47,104 bases of DNA from Bacteroidales bacterium (GCA_033809015.1 JAPXMM010000002.1:1-47104); one strand, 5' to 3'; shown: positions 1 through 10,681, numbered from the stretch's first letter. The notes: generated by a model not told the origin, from the letters alone. Translations and numbers: made by a program.

Positions 1-575
1 GGTTTATTATGATAAGATATTAAAAGCAAAATAGCACTGAGAGAGCCAAGCATAGAGAATATTTCATCTAAACTTTTGATATTACACACAACCTCAGTAT
101 GAATGGGATGAAAAAGATATAGCACGGTAGCTAAAAAAGCAATTAATTTAGCATTTTCTTTATTAAACGGTGGGAAAGACAACAAAGCTTTGATAGTGAG
201 AAAGAGAATAACCATGAGCAGAGCATAAGATAGAATATTTGTGAGATGTCCTATCCATGGATGAAAACCAAATAATTCTTTTTGAATAGCAAAAATAAAT
301 TGAATAAATGGACGATAGCGACCACCAGCCACATATTTTACATCTTCACCAAAATATCCTACAAATGAATCATGAGTGAAAATATCTTTCACACCTTTGA
401 GACCTTGCTGAGTAAATTTATTCTCATGCATCACTAATCCATCATCTAATACATAATCAAATGTAATAGTCGGTAAATATAAAATACTAGCAGTCAGGAA
501 AAGAAATAAACATAGTTTTTTATTAGAAAAATTTGATATTTTATTAAAAAAAGTTATTTTTTTCAAATTATTCAT
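1..575 (-). CDS. N-terminal ~191 codons (runs off window start) of a polytopic membrane protein, TMTC/TPR-type (DUF1736-like) family
   Basis: Not in the supplied ORF track because there is no stop inside the window. My own minus-strand translation from the ATG at 575-573 reads MNNLKKITFFNKISNFSNKKLCLFLFLTASILYLPTITFDYVLDDGLVMHENKF...GGRYRPF...LFHPIHTEVVCNIKSLDEIFSMLGSL and stays open to position 1. The family call rests on the remembered HPIHTE..NIK..DEI block. Confidence 0.5.
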   Translation of the reverse strand, partial: MNNLKKITFFNKISNFSNKKLCLFLFLTASILYLPTITFDYVLDDGLVMHENKFTQQGLKGVKDIFTHDSFVGYFGEDVKYVAGGRYRPFIQFIFAIQKELFGFHPWIGHLTNILSYALLMVILFLTIKALLSFPPFNKENAKLIAFLATVLYLFHPIHTEVVCNIKSLDEIFSMLGSLSAILLLISYHNK

Positions 576-624
576 AATAATTATATTTTTTATTATGCGA
601 AATTAATATTTTCATTTAATAAAT

Positions 625-657
625 CATAAAAAAAGGAGTAATAAAATTATTACTCCT
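625..657 (-). terminator. Rho-independent terminator downstream of gldJ
   Basis: Perfect 10-bp stem AGGAGTAATA (634-643) / TATTACTCCT (648-657) with a 4-nt loop. The A-run 628-634 on the plus strand gives a T-run on the minus strand. Confidence 0.7.
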
Positions 658-692
658 TTCATTTATATCAAAAAATTGAATAAACAATAAAA

Positions 693-2180
693 TTATTTAG
701 TTTTTGTACCATAATTAACTGGAGCACCAACTCTAGTCATAGCACATCTGAAGCCGATATAATCGGTAGATAGTTCTTCATCTAAAAATCTACGAGTACC
801 CGGGCTTAAGAAATAAGCACGATCTTTCCAAGAGCCACCTTTATAAACTCTAGCTTGATTATTTACTAAAGAAGTTTTCCCAAATTCATACATTACTTTA
901 TTTTGTTGGTCTCCTTCTAGATATTCTGACTGAGAATAATAAATAGAACTAGTAAAATCACCATCAAGATAATCTCTATTATCAGCATATCTAAAATTAC
1001 GTCTATCTTTAGCTTCTTCTTCTGTAAGTGGTCTCCACTGTATTCTACCAAGAGAATCTTTTTCTGCTATTAGACCTTCTTCATCTCTTACTTTAGTCAT
1101 AAAAACATTACCTCTATATGGTCTCCACTCATCCATATCTTCATAAGATAAGGGTCTATACACATCTAGAACCCATTCAGCAACATTACCAGCCATGTTA
1201 TACAGCCCAAAATCATTTGGCCAATAGCTAAAAACAGGAGCTGTAGCATCATAACCATCATTGAGATAACCTGCTACTCCCATATAATCTCCTCTACCAC
1301 GGACAAAGTTAGCTACAAAATCTCCCATATTTTGATAGTAATCTGTACGCAAAACGTGCCCATTCCAAGGATATACTCTTCTTTCTAACACACGTTCAAA
1401 AACAGTATTTCCTATTAAACCCAAAGCTGCATATTCCCATTCTGCTTCGGTCGGTAGTCTGTATTTAGGTAATAAAATCCCATCTTCTATGCGTACTTTT
1501 CTTGTTCCCATACCTGATGGATTTAAATCATACAAATCATTTTTTACAATGCCTTCATACTGACCAGCTAGATAAGCATCTGTATTGAAATTATTTTCAT
1601 TCATTTGCATGTTGTCTAATTTCAAAATGCCTTCACGAATTAATATGTACTCGTTAACTCTATCAGTTCGCCAAGAAGCATAATCGTTAGCTTGTCTCCA
1701 GCTAACACCTACTACAGGATAATAATTATAAGCTGGATGTCTAAAATAATAATCTACAAAAGGATCATTATAACCTAAACGAGATAGCCAAACTAAAGTA
1801 TCAGGTAAAGCTTTATAGACAACCTCTGGATAATCTACGCCATAAACTCTAGAAAGCCAATAAGTATATTCTCGATAATCGACATTAGCCACCTCAGCCA
1901 TATCCATATAAAATGAAGATACAGAAACCCTTCGAGGGACATTATCCCATTCATAAGTAACATCTTGTTCAGTACGACCCATTACAAAGGTACCACCTGT
2001 TACTAGAACTAATCCCGGACCTGTTTCTTGCTCTTCATAAGGGACAACTTCAAAACCACCCCAATTAGGATCATTGTATACCCATCCAGTAGTACGTGAT
2101 CTCTCTTGAGCACAAGAACTCAAAATAATCAAAAATATTATACTCAGACTAAAAATCTTTGAAAACTTTTTTATATTCAT
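693..2180 (-). CDS. gldJ: Gliding motility lipoprotein GldJ (FGE-sulfatase/SUMF1 fold)
   Basis: Lipoprotein signal ...LSSCAQ. The N-terminal block TTGW..ND...GGF....YEEQETGPGLVLVTGGTF.MG resembles Flavobacterium GldJ, and the C-terminus shows the FGE-type motif GGSW...... plus GFRC. Confidence 0.8.
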   Translation of the reverse strand: MNIKKFSKIFSLSIIFLIILSSCAQERSRTTGWVYNDPNWGGFEVVPYEEQETGPGLVLVTGGTFVMGRTEQDVTYEWDNVPRRVSVSSFYMDMAEVANVDYREYTYWLSRVYGVDYPEVVYKALPDTLVWLSRLGYNDPFVDYYFRHPAYNYYPVVGVSWRQANDYASWRTDRVNEYILIREGILKLDNMQMNENNFNTDAYLAGQYEGIVKNDLYDLNPSGMGTRKVRIEDGILLPKYRLPTEAEWEYAALGLIGNTVFERVLERRVYPWNGHVLRTDYYQNMGDFVANFVRGRGDYMGVAGYLNDGYDATAPVFSYWPNDFGLYNMAGNVAEWVLDVYRPLSYEDMDEWRPYRGNVFMTKVRDEEGLIAEKDSLGRIQWRPLTEEEAKDRRNFRYADNRDYLDGDFTSSIYYSQSEYLEGDQQNKVMYEFGKTSLVNNQARVYKGGSWKDRAYFLSPGTRRFLDEELSTDYIGFRCAMTRVGAPVNYGTKTK

Positions 2181-2208
2181 AATTTTTATAATTTTTAAAT
2201 ATTAATAA

Positions 2209-3198
2209 TTAAAATTTAGGACAGTTTATAGGAGCTATTCTTTTTGCTTTCACTGGACAAGGTAACCTAAAAGTCAGTGAAAATTCATGTGCACCGCCAG
2301 ATTGATTAGTAAGTCTAGAAACTGTAATATCATAGCTATAGCCTACTTGAAAAGTTTCTTGTACGAAACCTAATAATACTATAAAAGCATCTGGATTTTT
2401 TGTACTATGTCTAAACCAGGTACCTACAACAAAAGGATATTTATTTAAATATAATCCATAGTTAAATTCTTCAAAATCTTGTTGTTTAGAAAATAAAATA
2501 TTGGGGGATAAAGTAGTTTCTTCGACAGTATATTTTTTATATGGTTTAGATTCAATACTTATTATGCCACCAGCATGAACTGTATATTTAACAGGTAGTT
2601 TAGAAGTACTGATAAATCCTTCATTAGGTCTAGTAACATGACTAGCTGAAAAGCCAACAAAGAACCTTTCTCCATAACCAGCAATGCCAGCAGTAAAATC
2701 AGCAAAATTCTTTGTTAAATTTTCAGGTGGAATCTCATTAGTATTACGAATAATGCCCCATCGAGGATCTATCTGATCTGGAAAAATCAATTTTTCCCAA
2801 TCAAGAGTTTTTTGTACAAAAGTAGCTTGCAATGCAGTATTAATATAAAACTTATCTGATACTTTCAGTCTAAAAGCATACATTAATCCAGCCAAAGTAG
2901 TATTTAAAACTCCTTCGCCAGCTCTATCTACATCTACTAAAACACCTATACCACCAGACAACGCTGGCACATACATATCATAGGAAGCATTATAAGTAAC
3001 ATATGTACCTGTTATACCAGGCCATTGACTTCTAAAATTAAATGCCAATCTTGGACATATTTGGGAACCTGCTAAAGCAGGATTTAAATATAAAGGATTA
3101 GCATAATATTGTGAAAAATGAGGATCTTGCCCTTTTAATCCTCCGATGCTGCCTATAATTATAAGTAAAATCAAAAAATATTTCTGTTTCATTATCAT
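2209..3198 (-). CDS. PorP/SprF family type IX secretion system membrane protein
   Basis: Hallmark N-terminal motif QDPHFSQYYANPLYLNPALAG after a signal peptide. Length is ~330 aa. Confidence 0.85.
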   Translation of the reverse strand: MIMKQKYFLILLIIIGSIGGLKGQDPHFSQYYANPLYLNPALAGSQICPRLAFNFRSQWPGITGTYVTYNASYDMYVPALSGGIGVLVDVDRAGEGVLNTTLAGLMYAFRLKVSDKFYINTALQATFVQKTLDWEKLIFPDQIDPRWGIIRNTNEIPPENLTKNFADFTAGIAGYGERFFVGFSASHVTRPNEGFISTSKLPVKYTVHAGGIISIESKPYKKYTVEETTLSPNILFSKQQDFEEFNYGLYLNKYPFVVGTWFRHSTKNPDAFIVLLGFVQETFQVGYSYDITVSRLTNQSGGAHEFSLTFRLPCPVKAKRIAPINCPKF

Positions 3199-3316
3199 TT
3201 TAATTTGTTACAAAAATAATACATTTTTTTTATTAACAAAAATTTTAACAATTTTTTTATAAAATTTTATAATTTTCATCATTATACATAAATAATATTC
3301 ATAAGGTTACATTAAA

Positions 3317-4234
3317 TCATTGAGAAACCAACATTTCATTATATTTACTAGCATTAATAGGATCTATTGATTTTAGAATATTTACTATTTCAGTCTTTTC
3401 TATAGCAGGTGCAGGCTTAAAAATATTTACTAATTCATCACTTTTAGCTGTCATAAATAAACTAATAATAAATAGACCAGGTTTTTCTTTATAAGTTTGT
3501 TGGATTAATTTCATTGCTTGAGTAATACCACCACGACCTTTTACTATATCATCAGCCATGATATCTAAGCCTTGTCTATGATAGAGATAAAAACCTTTTC
3601 TGAAATTTTCATAATTTTTATTTGTTAGATTTTCTAAAATCCAATATCTATTTTTTTGATTTTCATAAGATCGCCAACCTTTATATTGTGTAGCATTAGC
3701 TGGTATAGAATTAATAACAGACCATGCTTTCTCATAGAATGGAGCACCACCTAGCTCCTGATAACTATCAAAATCTAATCCTATAAATAAAAAAGCATAA
3801 TAAGAAAGTAAAGATTCCAAATTACCAACAAAAGTATTTTCTACATAATCTAATGATGTACCCTGTGTATATTGAAATTGAATGTCCTTATCTTGGAAAT
3901 TTAATAATGTAGAGTGATATGAAGTATTATAAATAGGACGACGTAATTGAACTTGAAAAGTACCAGCATACATATTAACGTTATCATATGAAGAAATCGT
4001 AATTATTATAGAACATTCTATTCGTTCCTCAGGTTCGAAATTATAATTTGTCCACTTACGATCGTTCATAAATTCATAAATAGAATTCTGCAAATTTTCA
4101 AAAACAGATTGATCTACATTAGTGATAGAACTAGCATTTATAGAAACCGAACAATTTAATTCTTGACTATAAGAGATGATATGTAGCGGTATTAAAAATA
4201 TCAAACATAAAAATATTTTCAAAAAATTTTTCAT
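3317..4234 (-). CDS. DUF4835 (PorD-like) T9SS-associated protein
   Basis: Signal peptide followed by ELNCSVSINASSI...VFENLQNSIYEFMNDRKWTNYNF.PEERIECSIIITI, which matches the remembered DUF4835 N-terminal pattern. Confidence 0.7.
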   Translation of the reverse strand: MKNFLKIFLCLIFLIPLHIISYSQELNCSVSINASSITNVDQSVFENLQNSIYEFMNDRKWTNYNFEPEERIECSIIITISSYDNVNMYAGTFQVQLRRPIYNTSYHSTLLNFQDKDIQFQYTQGTSLDYVENTFVGNLESLLSYYAFLFIGLDFDSYQELGGAPFYEKAWSVINSIPANATQYKGWRSYENQKNRYWILENLTNKNYENFRKGFYLYHRQGLDIMADDIVKGRGGITQAMKLIQQTYKEKPGLFIISLFMTAKSDELVNIFKPAPAIEKTEIVNILKSIDPINASKYNEMLVSQ

Positions 4235-4239
4235 TCTAT

Positions 4240-5442
4240 TTATTTTTTACATAAATCTAAGATCAGCTTTTCAATAATAAAATAAGCTAAAGATTTTTTA
4301 CTATCAATATCAGAGTAAATAGTAGTCCCATCATTCTTAATTATAGTTATTTTGTTATAATCACTCCCCATGCCGATATTTTCATCTTTAGCACTATTCA
4401 AAATAATAGCATCTAAATTTTTATTTTTTAATTTTTCTATAGCATTATTTATTTCATTATCAGTCTCTAAAGCAAAGCCAATAAGCCACTGATGTTTCTT
4501 TTTTTGAGCTAATTCAGAGAGAATATCTGGATTTTTAGCTAATTCGATAGTCAAATGATCAGATTTTTTAATTTTTTCTTTAGAAAAATTGACAGGGTAA
4601 AAATCAGATACAGCAGCATTCATAATAACTCCATCCACACCATCGAAATAGTCAATACATTTTTCGAGCATATCTTTAGTAGTAGTTACATTAACAAGTT
4701 TAATATTGGGATGAGAAACATTAAGACAAGTAGGACCGCTGATCAAAATGACATCTGCTCCTAAACTAGCAAGAGCTTCAGCAATAGCAAAGCCCATTTT
4801 GCCACTACTTTTATTACCAATAAATCTGATTGGATCTATGGGTTCATAGGTGGGACCTGCGGTAACAAGAATTTTTTTACCAGATAAAATTAATTGAGAA
4901 TCAAAAAAATTTTCTATCTCATTAGCAATATTAAGTGGTTCAGCCATTCGACCAGTACCCTGATACCCACAAGCCAAATCACCACTTTCTGGTTGGATAA
5001 ATCTAACACCTAAATTTTTTAAAATTGTAATATTTTGTTGTAAAATTGGATGATTCCACATTTTCACATTCATAGCAGGAGCTATGAAAACTTGTTTATT
5101 AAAAGCTAAAAAGCTAGTAGATACAGTATCATCAGCTATACCATTAGCCAATTTACCAATAATATTTGCAGTAGCAGGAGCTATGACAAATATATCTGCC
5201 CAATCAGTGATACTGATATGTTCGGTGCCAGAAGAGTGGACATCATCAAACATTTCATAATAAACATCATAATTAGTAAGGGTTTTAATAGTCGTAGGAG
5301 TAACAAATTGTAAAGCATTTTTAGTAGCTACTACTCTGACATCTGCACCACCTTGTACAAAAAATCTAATAAGTATTGGAATTTTATATGCAGCTATACT
5401 ACCACTAATGCCAATGAGAATATGTTTATTCTGAAAATTCAT
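4240..5442 (-). CDS. coaBC: Bifunctional phosphopantothenoylcysteine decarboxylase / phosphopantothenate-cysteine ligase
   Basis: N-terminal flavoprotein domain (ILIGISGSIAAYK), a C-terminal DFP domain (VTAGPTYEPIDPIRFIGNKSSGKMG), and 400 aa length. Confidence 0.95.
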   Translation of the reverse strand: MNFQNKHILIGISGSIAAYKIPILIRFFVQGGADVRVVATKNALQFVTPTTIKTLTNYDVYYEMFDDVHSSGTEHISITDWADIFVIAPATANIIGKLANGIADDTVSTSFLAFNKQVFIAPAMNVKMWNHPILQQNITILKNLGVRFIQPESGDLACGYQGTGRMAEPLNIANEIENFFDSQLILSGKKILVTAGPTYEPIDPIRFIGNKSSGKMGFAIAEALASLGADVILISGPTCLNVSHPNIKLVNVTTTKDMLEKCIDYFDGVDGVIMNAAVSDFYPVNFSKEKIKKSDHLTIELAKNPDILSELAQKKKHQWLIGFALETDNEINNAIEKLKNKNLDAIILNSAKDENIGMGSDYNKITIIKNDGTTIYSDIDSKKSLAYFIIEKLILDLCKK

Positions 5443-5763
5443 TTATTGACTTTCTGGAATACGGAAATATATCTTATTTCTTAAGAATTCTTTAGTTGCT
5501 ACAAGTGTTGGTTTGGGTTTTAATTCATACTCTCTAGCAACCTCTATCTGAGCTTTATTTTCAATATATTCTTCTAGTGTATCAACAGTGGTTTTAAATT
5601 CAGAAAGTTTTTCATCAAGTTCTTCTTTTCTTTGTTGGCTAATTTGATTTGCTCTTTTACCAATGATAAGTGTGCTCAGATAAATATTACCTGTGATCTC
5701 ACTCATTTCTTTAATATCTCTGGTAACAGCTTCTTGCCAAATTTTTTGATCTTTTTTTATCAT
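5443..5763 (-). CDS. rpoZ: RNA polymerase omega subunit (Rpb6-like)
   Basis: 106 aa with NIYLSTLIIGKRANQISQ, matching the omega core helix. It sits in the conserved bamD-rpoZ-coaBC arrangement of Bacteroidota. Confidence 0.6.
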   Translation of the reverse strand: MIKKDQKIWQEAVTRDIKEMSEITGNIYLSTLIIGKRANQISQQRKEELDEKLSEFKTTVDTLEEYIENKAQIEVAREYELKPKPTLVATKEFLRNKIYFRIPESQ

Positions 5764-5770
5764 AATTTTT

Positions 5771-6583
5771 TTAAATATTTTGTTTTAAACTTATTTGTTT
5801 TTGTATTTCAGCTTTAATATCATTTAATTTATTGATATACTTACTATTAGGATATAAAGATATAAAATTATTAATTGCATCAACAGCCTGCTGAAATCTG
5901 GTTAATTGTTTATTTTTGATACTATTAAGAGCATAATAATAATGAGATAGACATAAATAATAATTTGCATCCTCCTTATAATCAGAAGCTGGATAGTCTT
6001 TTATAAAATTATTTAATGTAACAATAGAAGCTTTATATTCTTGTATATCATAATACAATTTAGAATTAGCGTAATCTTTTTTTTCTAGATTTGCACTTAG
6101 TTTATCTATACAATTTTTTGCTTCTATAATTCTAGTACTATTAGGATATCTAGAGATGAATAAACGAAAGTCATTAATAGCTTCTTTAGTAGTAGATTGA
6201 TCTAAATAATAAGTGGGAGCCAATTTATATTTAGAATAAGCTGCTTGGAAAGCGCACTCCTCAGCATATTTACTAGAAGGGAAGGTTTTGGCGAATTCAC
6301 TAAAATGGTAACTAGCTAATATGTAGTCGCCTTGATGATAATAGCTCCATGCCATATAATAATATAACTCTTGTGATTTTGTAGTTCCACGATAATATGG
6401 AATTATCATTTCACATAATTGAATGACCTGATAATATCTGCCCTCTTGATAATATTCTAACACTTTAGCATATTTGAGCTCTGGGTCATCTGCTTTAGCA
6501 ATTTTATTAAATTCAATATTATCTCTACATGAAGAAAAAACAATTAATAATAAGGTAAATGCAAAAAGTATTTTAGTTTTCAT
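5771..6583 (-). CDS. bamD: Outer membrane protein assembly factor BamD (TPR lipoprotein)
   Basis: Lipoprotein signal (VFSSCR), repeated TPR-like Y/A-rich helices, 270 aa, and conserved synteny. Confidence 0.8.
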   Translation of the reverse strand: MKTKILFAFTLLLIVFSSCRDNIEFNKIAKADDPELKYAKVLEYYQEGRYYQVIQLCEMIIPYYRGTTKSQELYYYMAWSYYHQGDYILASYHFSEFAKTFPSSKYAEECAFQAAYSKYKLAPTYYLDQSTTKEAINDFRLFISRYPNSTRIIEAKNCIDKLSANLEKKDYANSKLYYDIQEYKASIVTLNNFIKDYPASDYKEDANYYLCLSHYYYALNSIKNKQLTRFQQAVDAINNFISLYPNSKYINKLNDIKAEIQKQISLKQNI

Positions 6584-6662
6584 AATAAATTAAAAAAAAT
6601 TAACTTCAAAATAACGACATTTACACTTATTAAATTATAAAAATTAAAAAACTTGTGCTCAA

Positions 6663-7004
6663 CTAATGCGAGCAAGCTTTTTCTATTTTTGTACCTTCGG
6701 GACTTTTTTCAGTTAAATAACCAGTCTCATGAATTAGATTTATCAAATCTGTCTCATTATATCTCTGAGGATTGTATACAATAGTAACGATTTTTGTTTC
6801 TAAATCAGCATTGACAGAATAGATATCTTCTCTATTAGAAATTTTTTCCTCAATAAGTTTTTTACCATTTTCGCAATGGAAAAAAGTTTTCACTTTAAAC
6901 TCAGCTTTGTTTTTACTAGCTTCTTTGCCAGTGACAGTAGTTTGAGCATTTACAAAATTAGGTATTGCAAATGCAACTAATAAAATTAAAAATAACTTTT
7001 TCAT
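6663..7004 (-). CDS. Periplasmic heavy-metal-associated (HMA)-like domain protein with a degenerate metal motif
   Basis: Signal peptide and a ferredoxin-like HMA pattern (FKVKTFFHCENGKKLIEEKI...IVTIVYNP....LINLIHETGY). Only one Cys lies in the usual CxxC position. Confidence 0.45.
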   Translation of the reverse strand: MKKLFLILLVAFAIPNFVNAQTTVTGKEASKNKAEFKVKTFFHCENGKKLIEEKISNREDIYSVNADLETKIVTIVYNPQRYNETDLINLIHETGYLTEKSPEGTKIEKACSH

Positions 7005-7079
7005 AATGATATTTTTATTATTTTAAATGCAAAATTACAAAAAAATTTTTATTTTAAAATCAATAATTAAAATGATAAT

Positions 7080-8105
7080 CTAAAAACTTTTAACCATATC
7101 AATAATCTCATCTACTGCTATTTGATTAATGCAGGAACAATTGTCAGGATTTAAACAATGTTTAGGACAATTGATTTTTTCAATATTAGGTAAAATGACA
7201 TTAGCATTTCTACCGATAGGAGCCCATCTATGTGGAGCATAAGTACCCACAGGCACATATAATCCAATAACATTAGTACATAGGGAAGCAGCAATGTGTA
7301 ATGGACCAGTACTACTAGCTATTACAGCTTTAGCATTTGCTAAAACACTCATTAATTGATACAAATCTAAAGAGCCAAAAAAAGTTTTTACATTCAAATC
7401 CTTAAAAATTGGCAACCAATATTTACCTTCTTCACTACTACCAGTGATATAAACATTTTCGCCAAGTTCGAGTAATTTTTTTGCTAATAAATAAAAATTA
7501 TTAGAAGAAAAATTAGGAGCACTACCCATAGAACCGGGATGTAGAATTATGGGACAATTATTACGATCTATAAAATCATTAGACGCAAAAACTGGTAAAT
7601 CACGAAGAATAAATTTATCTTTACCATAAAATTGAACTAATTCAGTAATAGAAGGTATATAGTCAATCTGCAAGGGATGAAGAAGAAAAAAATTTAATTG
7701 AGCTTCATGTAAAAAAGACTTTTTTCTAGAAAAATTAACTAATTTATTAGCAAATCTATATGAATAAAAACGATGAGAAGTAGCAATACGCATAGGTATT
7801 TTAGATTTTGCAAACAATCTCATCACATTATAATCTGGATAAGCGAAAATGACAACATCAGCAGCGATAGAATTGATAAAATTTATTTTTTTATCAATCT
7901 GTAAATCTTTATCAATTTGATCATAAGAATAAACATTATCAATAAAATTATATGAAGCAGCAATAGGCAGAGCATAATCCCTCACAAGATAAGAAATATT
8001 AATCTGAGGAAAAATTTTTTTCAGAAAAGCTGCTAAAGGCAAGGTGAGAACTAGATCGCCTAATTTATCAGTTCTAGAAATTAGAATTTTATTAATATTA
8101 AGCAT
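7080..8105 (-). CDS. Glycosyltransferase family 9 (LPS heptosyltransferase-like)
   Basis: ILISRTDKLGDLVLTLP at the N-terminus and ...SSTGPLHIAASL.. near the C-terminus are typical GT9 motifs. Confidence 0.75.
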   Translation of the reverse strand: MLNINKILISRTDKLGDLVLTLPLAAFLKKIFPQINISYLVRDYALPIAASYNFIDNVYSYDQIDKDLQIDKKINFINSIAADVVIFAYPDYNVMRLFAKSKIPMRIATSHRFYSYRFANKLVNFSRKKSFLHEAQLNFFLLHPLQIDYIPSITELVQFYGKDKFILRDLPVFASNDFIDRNNCPIILHPGSMGSAPNFSSNNFYLLAKKLLELGENVYITGSSEEGKYWLPIFKDLNVKTFFGSLDLYQLMSVLANAKAVIASSTGPLHIAASLCTNVIGLYVPVGTYAPHRWAPIGRNANVILPNIEKINCPKHCLNPDNCSCINQIAVDEIIDMVKSF

Positions 8106-8135
8106 AAAAAGAACTAGTAATGAGATATAATGTTA

Positions 8136-9416
8136 TCACTCTACTAACAGAGCCTTAACAGGTTCCATGCCAAAGGGAGAATTTTCTTCGATAGCATTCA
8201 AAACTGCACCACCACCAGTAAACATATAATATTTAGGGTCATCAAGAGCCTTCATATATACACCAGGCAAAAGACGTTTAAGCTCTTGTAAAGTATCACC
8301 ACCAGCATATAATTTCATTGCATCATTATTAGAAGTTATCAAGTTATTAAGAGCAATAGTACCATCATTAAAATATGGAGCAAACCCCATAACAGCATTT
8401 ACAAAAAATGTTTTAGCATTATTGAAAATATTAATCAGAGAAGGTTCACTAAAAGATTCAGGAGCTACATCTAACACATAATTAAGCTTATTACCAGCTT
8501 TCAAATTATGAATATCAACGACTTTATAATGACCATCTATTTTGCCTTCCATAGTATCAGACTCCACTATGAAACGAGGTTCTATGATCTTATTTGGATA
8601 ATTATTATTAACAAAATCAACAAAATCTTTAGCTAGAGCCAAATTATCTTCATCTATACCATTAATTAGAATATTGTATTTCGCAGCCAAATAAGCATTT
8701 AGGATGACACCACCGAGCATTAAATAATCTACTTTTTCTATAAGAGCTTTTAAACTATTGATTTTAGTATCAAATTTAGCACCAGCAATAACAGCAATCA
8801 TTGGTTTATTTGGAGAAAATATTTTATCTAAATTATTAATTTCCTTTTGTAATAATAGACCTGCATAGCTAGGCAAATACTTTGTAATAGTAAATGTAGA
8901 AACATGAGGTTGCCAAGAGCCGAAAGCATCATTTACATAAATATCAGCTAATCCAGCTAACTCTTTAGCAAATCTATCTTTCCATTCGCCTTTGTCTTCT
9001 TCACCCCTAAACCACCTTGTATTAGGCAAATAAATTCCATCAATATTGCCAGATTTTAACTCTTTAATTAAACTATTAATAGAAGTATCAATGTCTTGAA
9101 TACCATAAGGCTCATTCACATAAAAATCAGGAACTTTAAAATTCAGATTTAATTTATTATACAAATATTCGACAATGGGCATTACACTGGTTTTATCAGA
9201 AATAGTGATAGAACCATCTTTTTTATTTTTAGGACGACCGACGTGAGTCATAAGAATTAGTTTACCACCATGAGAGGCGATATAGAATAAAGTTTGTAGG
9301 GTAGCATCAATGCGATAAGGATCAAGAATAATGCCGTTTTCTACTACATTATGATCCACTCTAACGAGGACTAATTTATCATTTAAATTGGCATTTTGGA
9401 TAACTGATAATTTCAT
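8136..9416 (-). CDS. pgk: Phosphoglycerate kinase (somewhat divergent, 426 aa)
   Basis: LVRVDHNV, MTHVGRPK, AGGDT and FTGGGAV motifs occur in PGK order. Confidence 0.8.
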   Translation of the reverse strand: MKLSVIQNANLNDKLVLVRVDHNVVENGIILDPYRIDATLQTLFYIASHGGKLILMTHVGRPKNKKDGSITISDKTSVMPIVEYLYNKLNLNFKVPDFYVNEPYGIQDIDTSINSLIKELKSGNIDGIYLPNTRWFRGEEDKGEWKDRFAKELAGLADIYVNDAFGSWQPHVSTFTITKYLPSYAGLLLQKEINNLDKIFSPNKPMIAVIAGAKFDTKINSLKALIEKVDYLMLGGVILNAYLAAKYNILINGIDEDNLALAKDFVDFVNNNYPNKIIEPRFIVESDTMEGKIDGHYKVVDIHNLKAGNKLNYVLDVAPESFSEPSLINIFNNAKTFFVNAVMGFAPYFNDGTIALNNLITSNNDAMKLYAGGDTLQELKRLLPGVYMKALDDPKYYMFTGGGAVLNAIEENSPFGMEPVKALLVE

Positions 9417-9476
9417 AGCGCGAATGTTTTATGCAAAGATAAGAAAAAGTTAGAAATTGTGAAAAATTTTATTTCC

Positions 9477-10558
9477 TAAATGTTTAAAACAATTAATGAT
9501 ATTAATATCATATAAAATTTATTATATATATTTGCCGAAAATCCAATATTTATGAAGACTTTAGTAGATAACATTAATCAGCATCTGGCTATGAGTAAGG
9601 AAGACTCTAAAGCCTTTTTTGATAATCTCTACGATTTCCTATTACAAAACGAAGCAGACGTAGTAGATTACCAAGGTTTAAAACTTCAAAGTATTCCTCC
9701 ACTTTGTCCTAACTGTCGTAGTAACGATATTGTAAAAAATGGTAAACAAAAAGGTATGCAAAATTATCTTTGCAAATATTGTGGCAGACAATTTAGAGTT
9801 ACCACCGGCACTTTTGTTTATCGATTGCAGAAACCTCAACTTATGCTCGAGTACATTCGTTGTATGGTCGCAGGCAAAAGCCTCAGAGCTTGTGCTCGAG
9901 AGGTTGGCATAAGTCTGCCCACAAGCTTCACTTGGCGACACAAAATCTTAGCTGCTTTAAAGAATTTTGACAAAAATGTAAACTTTTTTGGCATAGTAGA
10001 AATAGACGAATTGCTGATGGATTATTCTGAAAAAGGCAGACAATATTTAAGTGTAAAAGAAATGAAGCGAGCGATGAGAAAAAAGCCCAAAAAAGTGGCT
10101 GTAATAGTTGCAACAGATAGAAGTGGAAATATACTATTTCGGAATACTGAGAGTAATAGGGCAAAGCGAGAAGATATTGAGAAATTTCTAAAAGGCAGGA
10201 TAACAGAAGATGCAGTATTATGTACTGGTACCAAATACGCATTCAGACACATAAGAAAAAGCAAAGTAAAACATAAAGAGATAGTAGGAGCTAAAAGAAA
10301 AAAACGAGGTGTTTACAGCACAGCTATAGTGAAGGCTAAATCAGAGGAATTCACTAAATGGATATATTCGAAGTTTAGAGGAGTAGCGACCAAGTACTTG
10401 CAAAACTACATTATGTGGTATGTAGCGATAGGTAAATATTTATCAGAAGGCATAATCAGTAATACTGGTAGAATGCTTAACCTTGCATCGTCGGATAGAT
10501 TTGCCTGGTATGAATATTTTAGAGAAAGTAAAATATCATATACTGTTTTAAACATTTA
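9477..10558 (+). mobile_element. IS1595-family-like insertion sequence (~1.08 kb)
   Basis: A 15-nt perfect terminal inverted repeat, TAAATGTTTAAAACA (9477-9491) versus TGTTTTAAACATTTA (10544-10558), encloses a single transposase ORF. The right repeat overlaps the stop codon. Confidence 0.7.
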
Positions 10559-10559
10559 A
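9552..10559 (+). CDS. Transposase: N-terminal Zn-ribbon plus ISXO2/IS1595-type DDE domain
   Basis: CPNCRSNDIVKNGKQKGMQNYLCKYCGRQF Zn ribbon, then IVEIDELLMDY and VAVIVATDRSGNILF blocks typical of IS1595/IS1-like DDE transposases. Confidence 0.8.
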   Translation: MKTLVDNINQHLAMSKEDSKAFFDNLYDFLLQNEADVVDYQGLKLQSIPPLCPNCRSNDIVKNGKQKGMQNYLCKYCGRQFRVTTGTFVYRLQKPQLMLEYIRCMVAGKSLRACAREVGISLPTSFTWRHKILAALKNFDKNVNFFGIVEIDELLMDYSEKGRQYLSVKEMKRAMRKKPKKVAVIVATDRSGNILFRNTESNRAKREDIEKFLKGRITEDAVLCTGTKYAFRHIRKSKVKHKEIVGAKRKKRGVYSTAIVKAKSEEFTKWIYSKFRGVATKYLQNYIMWYVAIGKYLSEGIISNTGRMLNLASSDRFAWYEYFRESKISYTVLNI

Positions 10560-10681
10560 ATATGTTTGTTAATTTTTTACCTTTTAATCTTTTTTATTTC
10601 TAAATGACTTATATTTTATTTTTTTTAGTTTAAAATATTTATTACTTTTATATTTGTTTTCTTTTTCCCCTTTAATATAAT

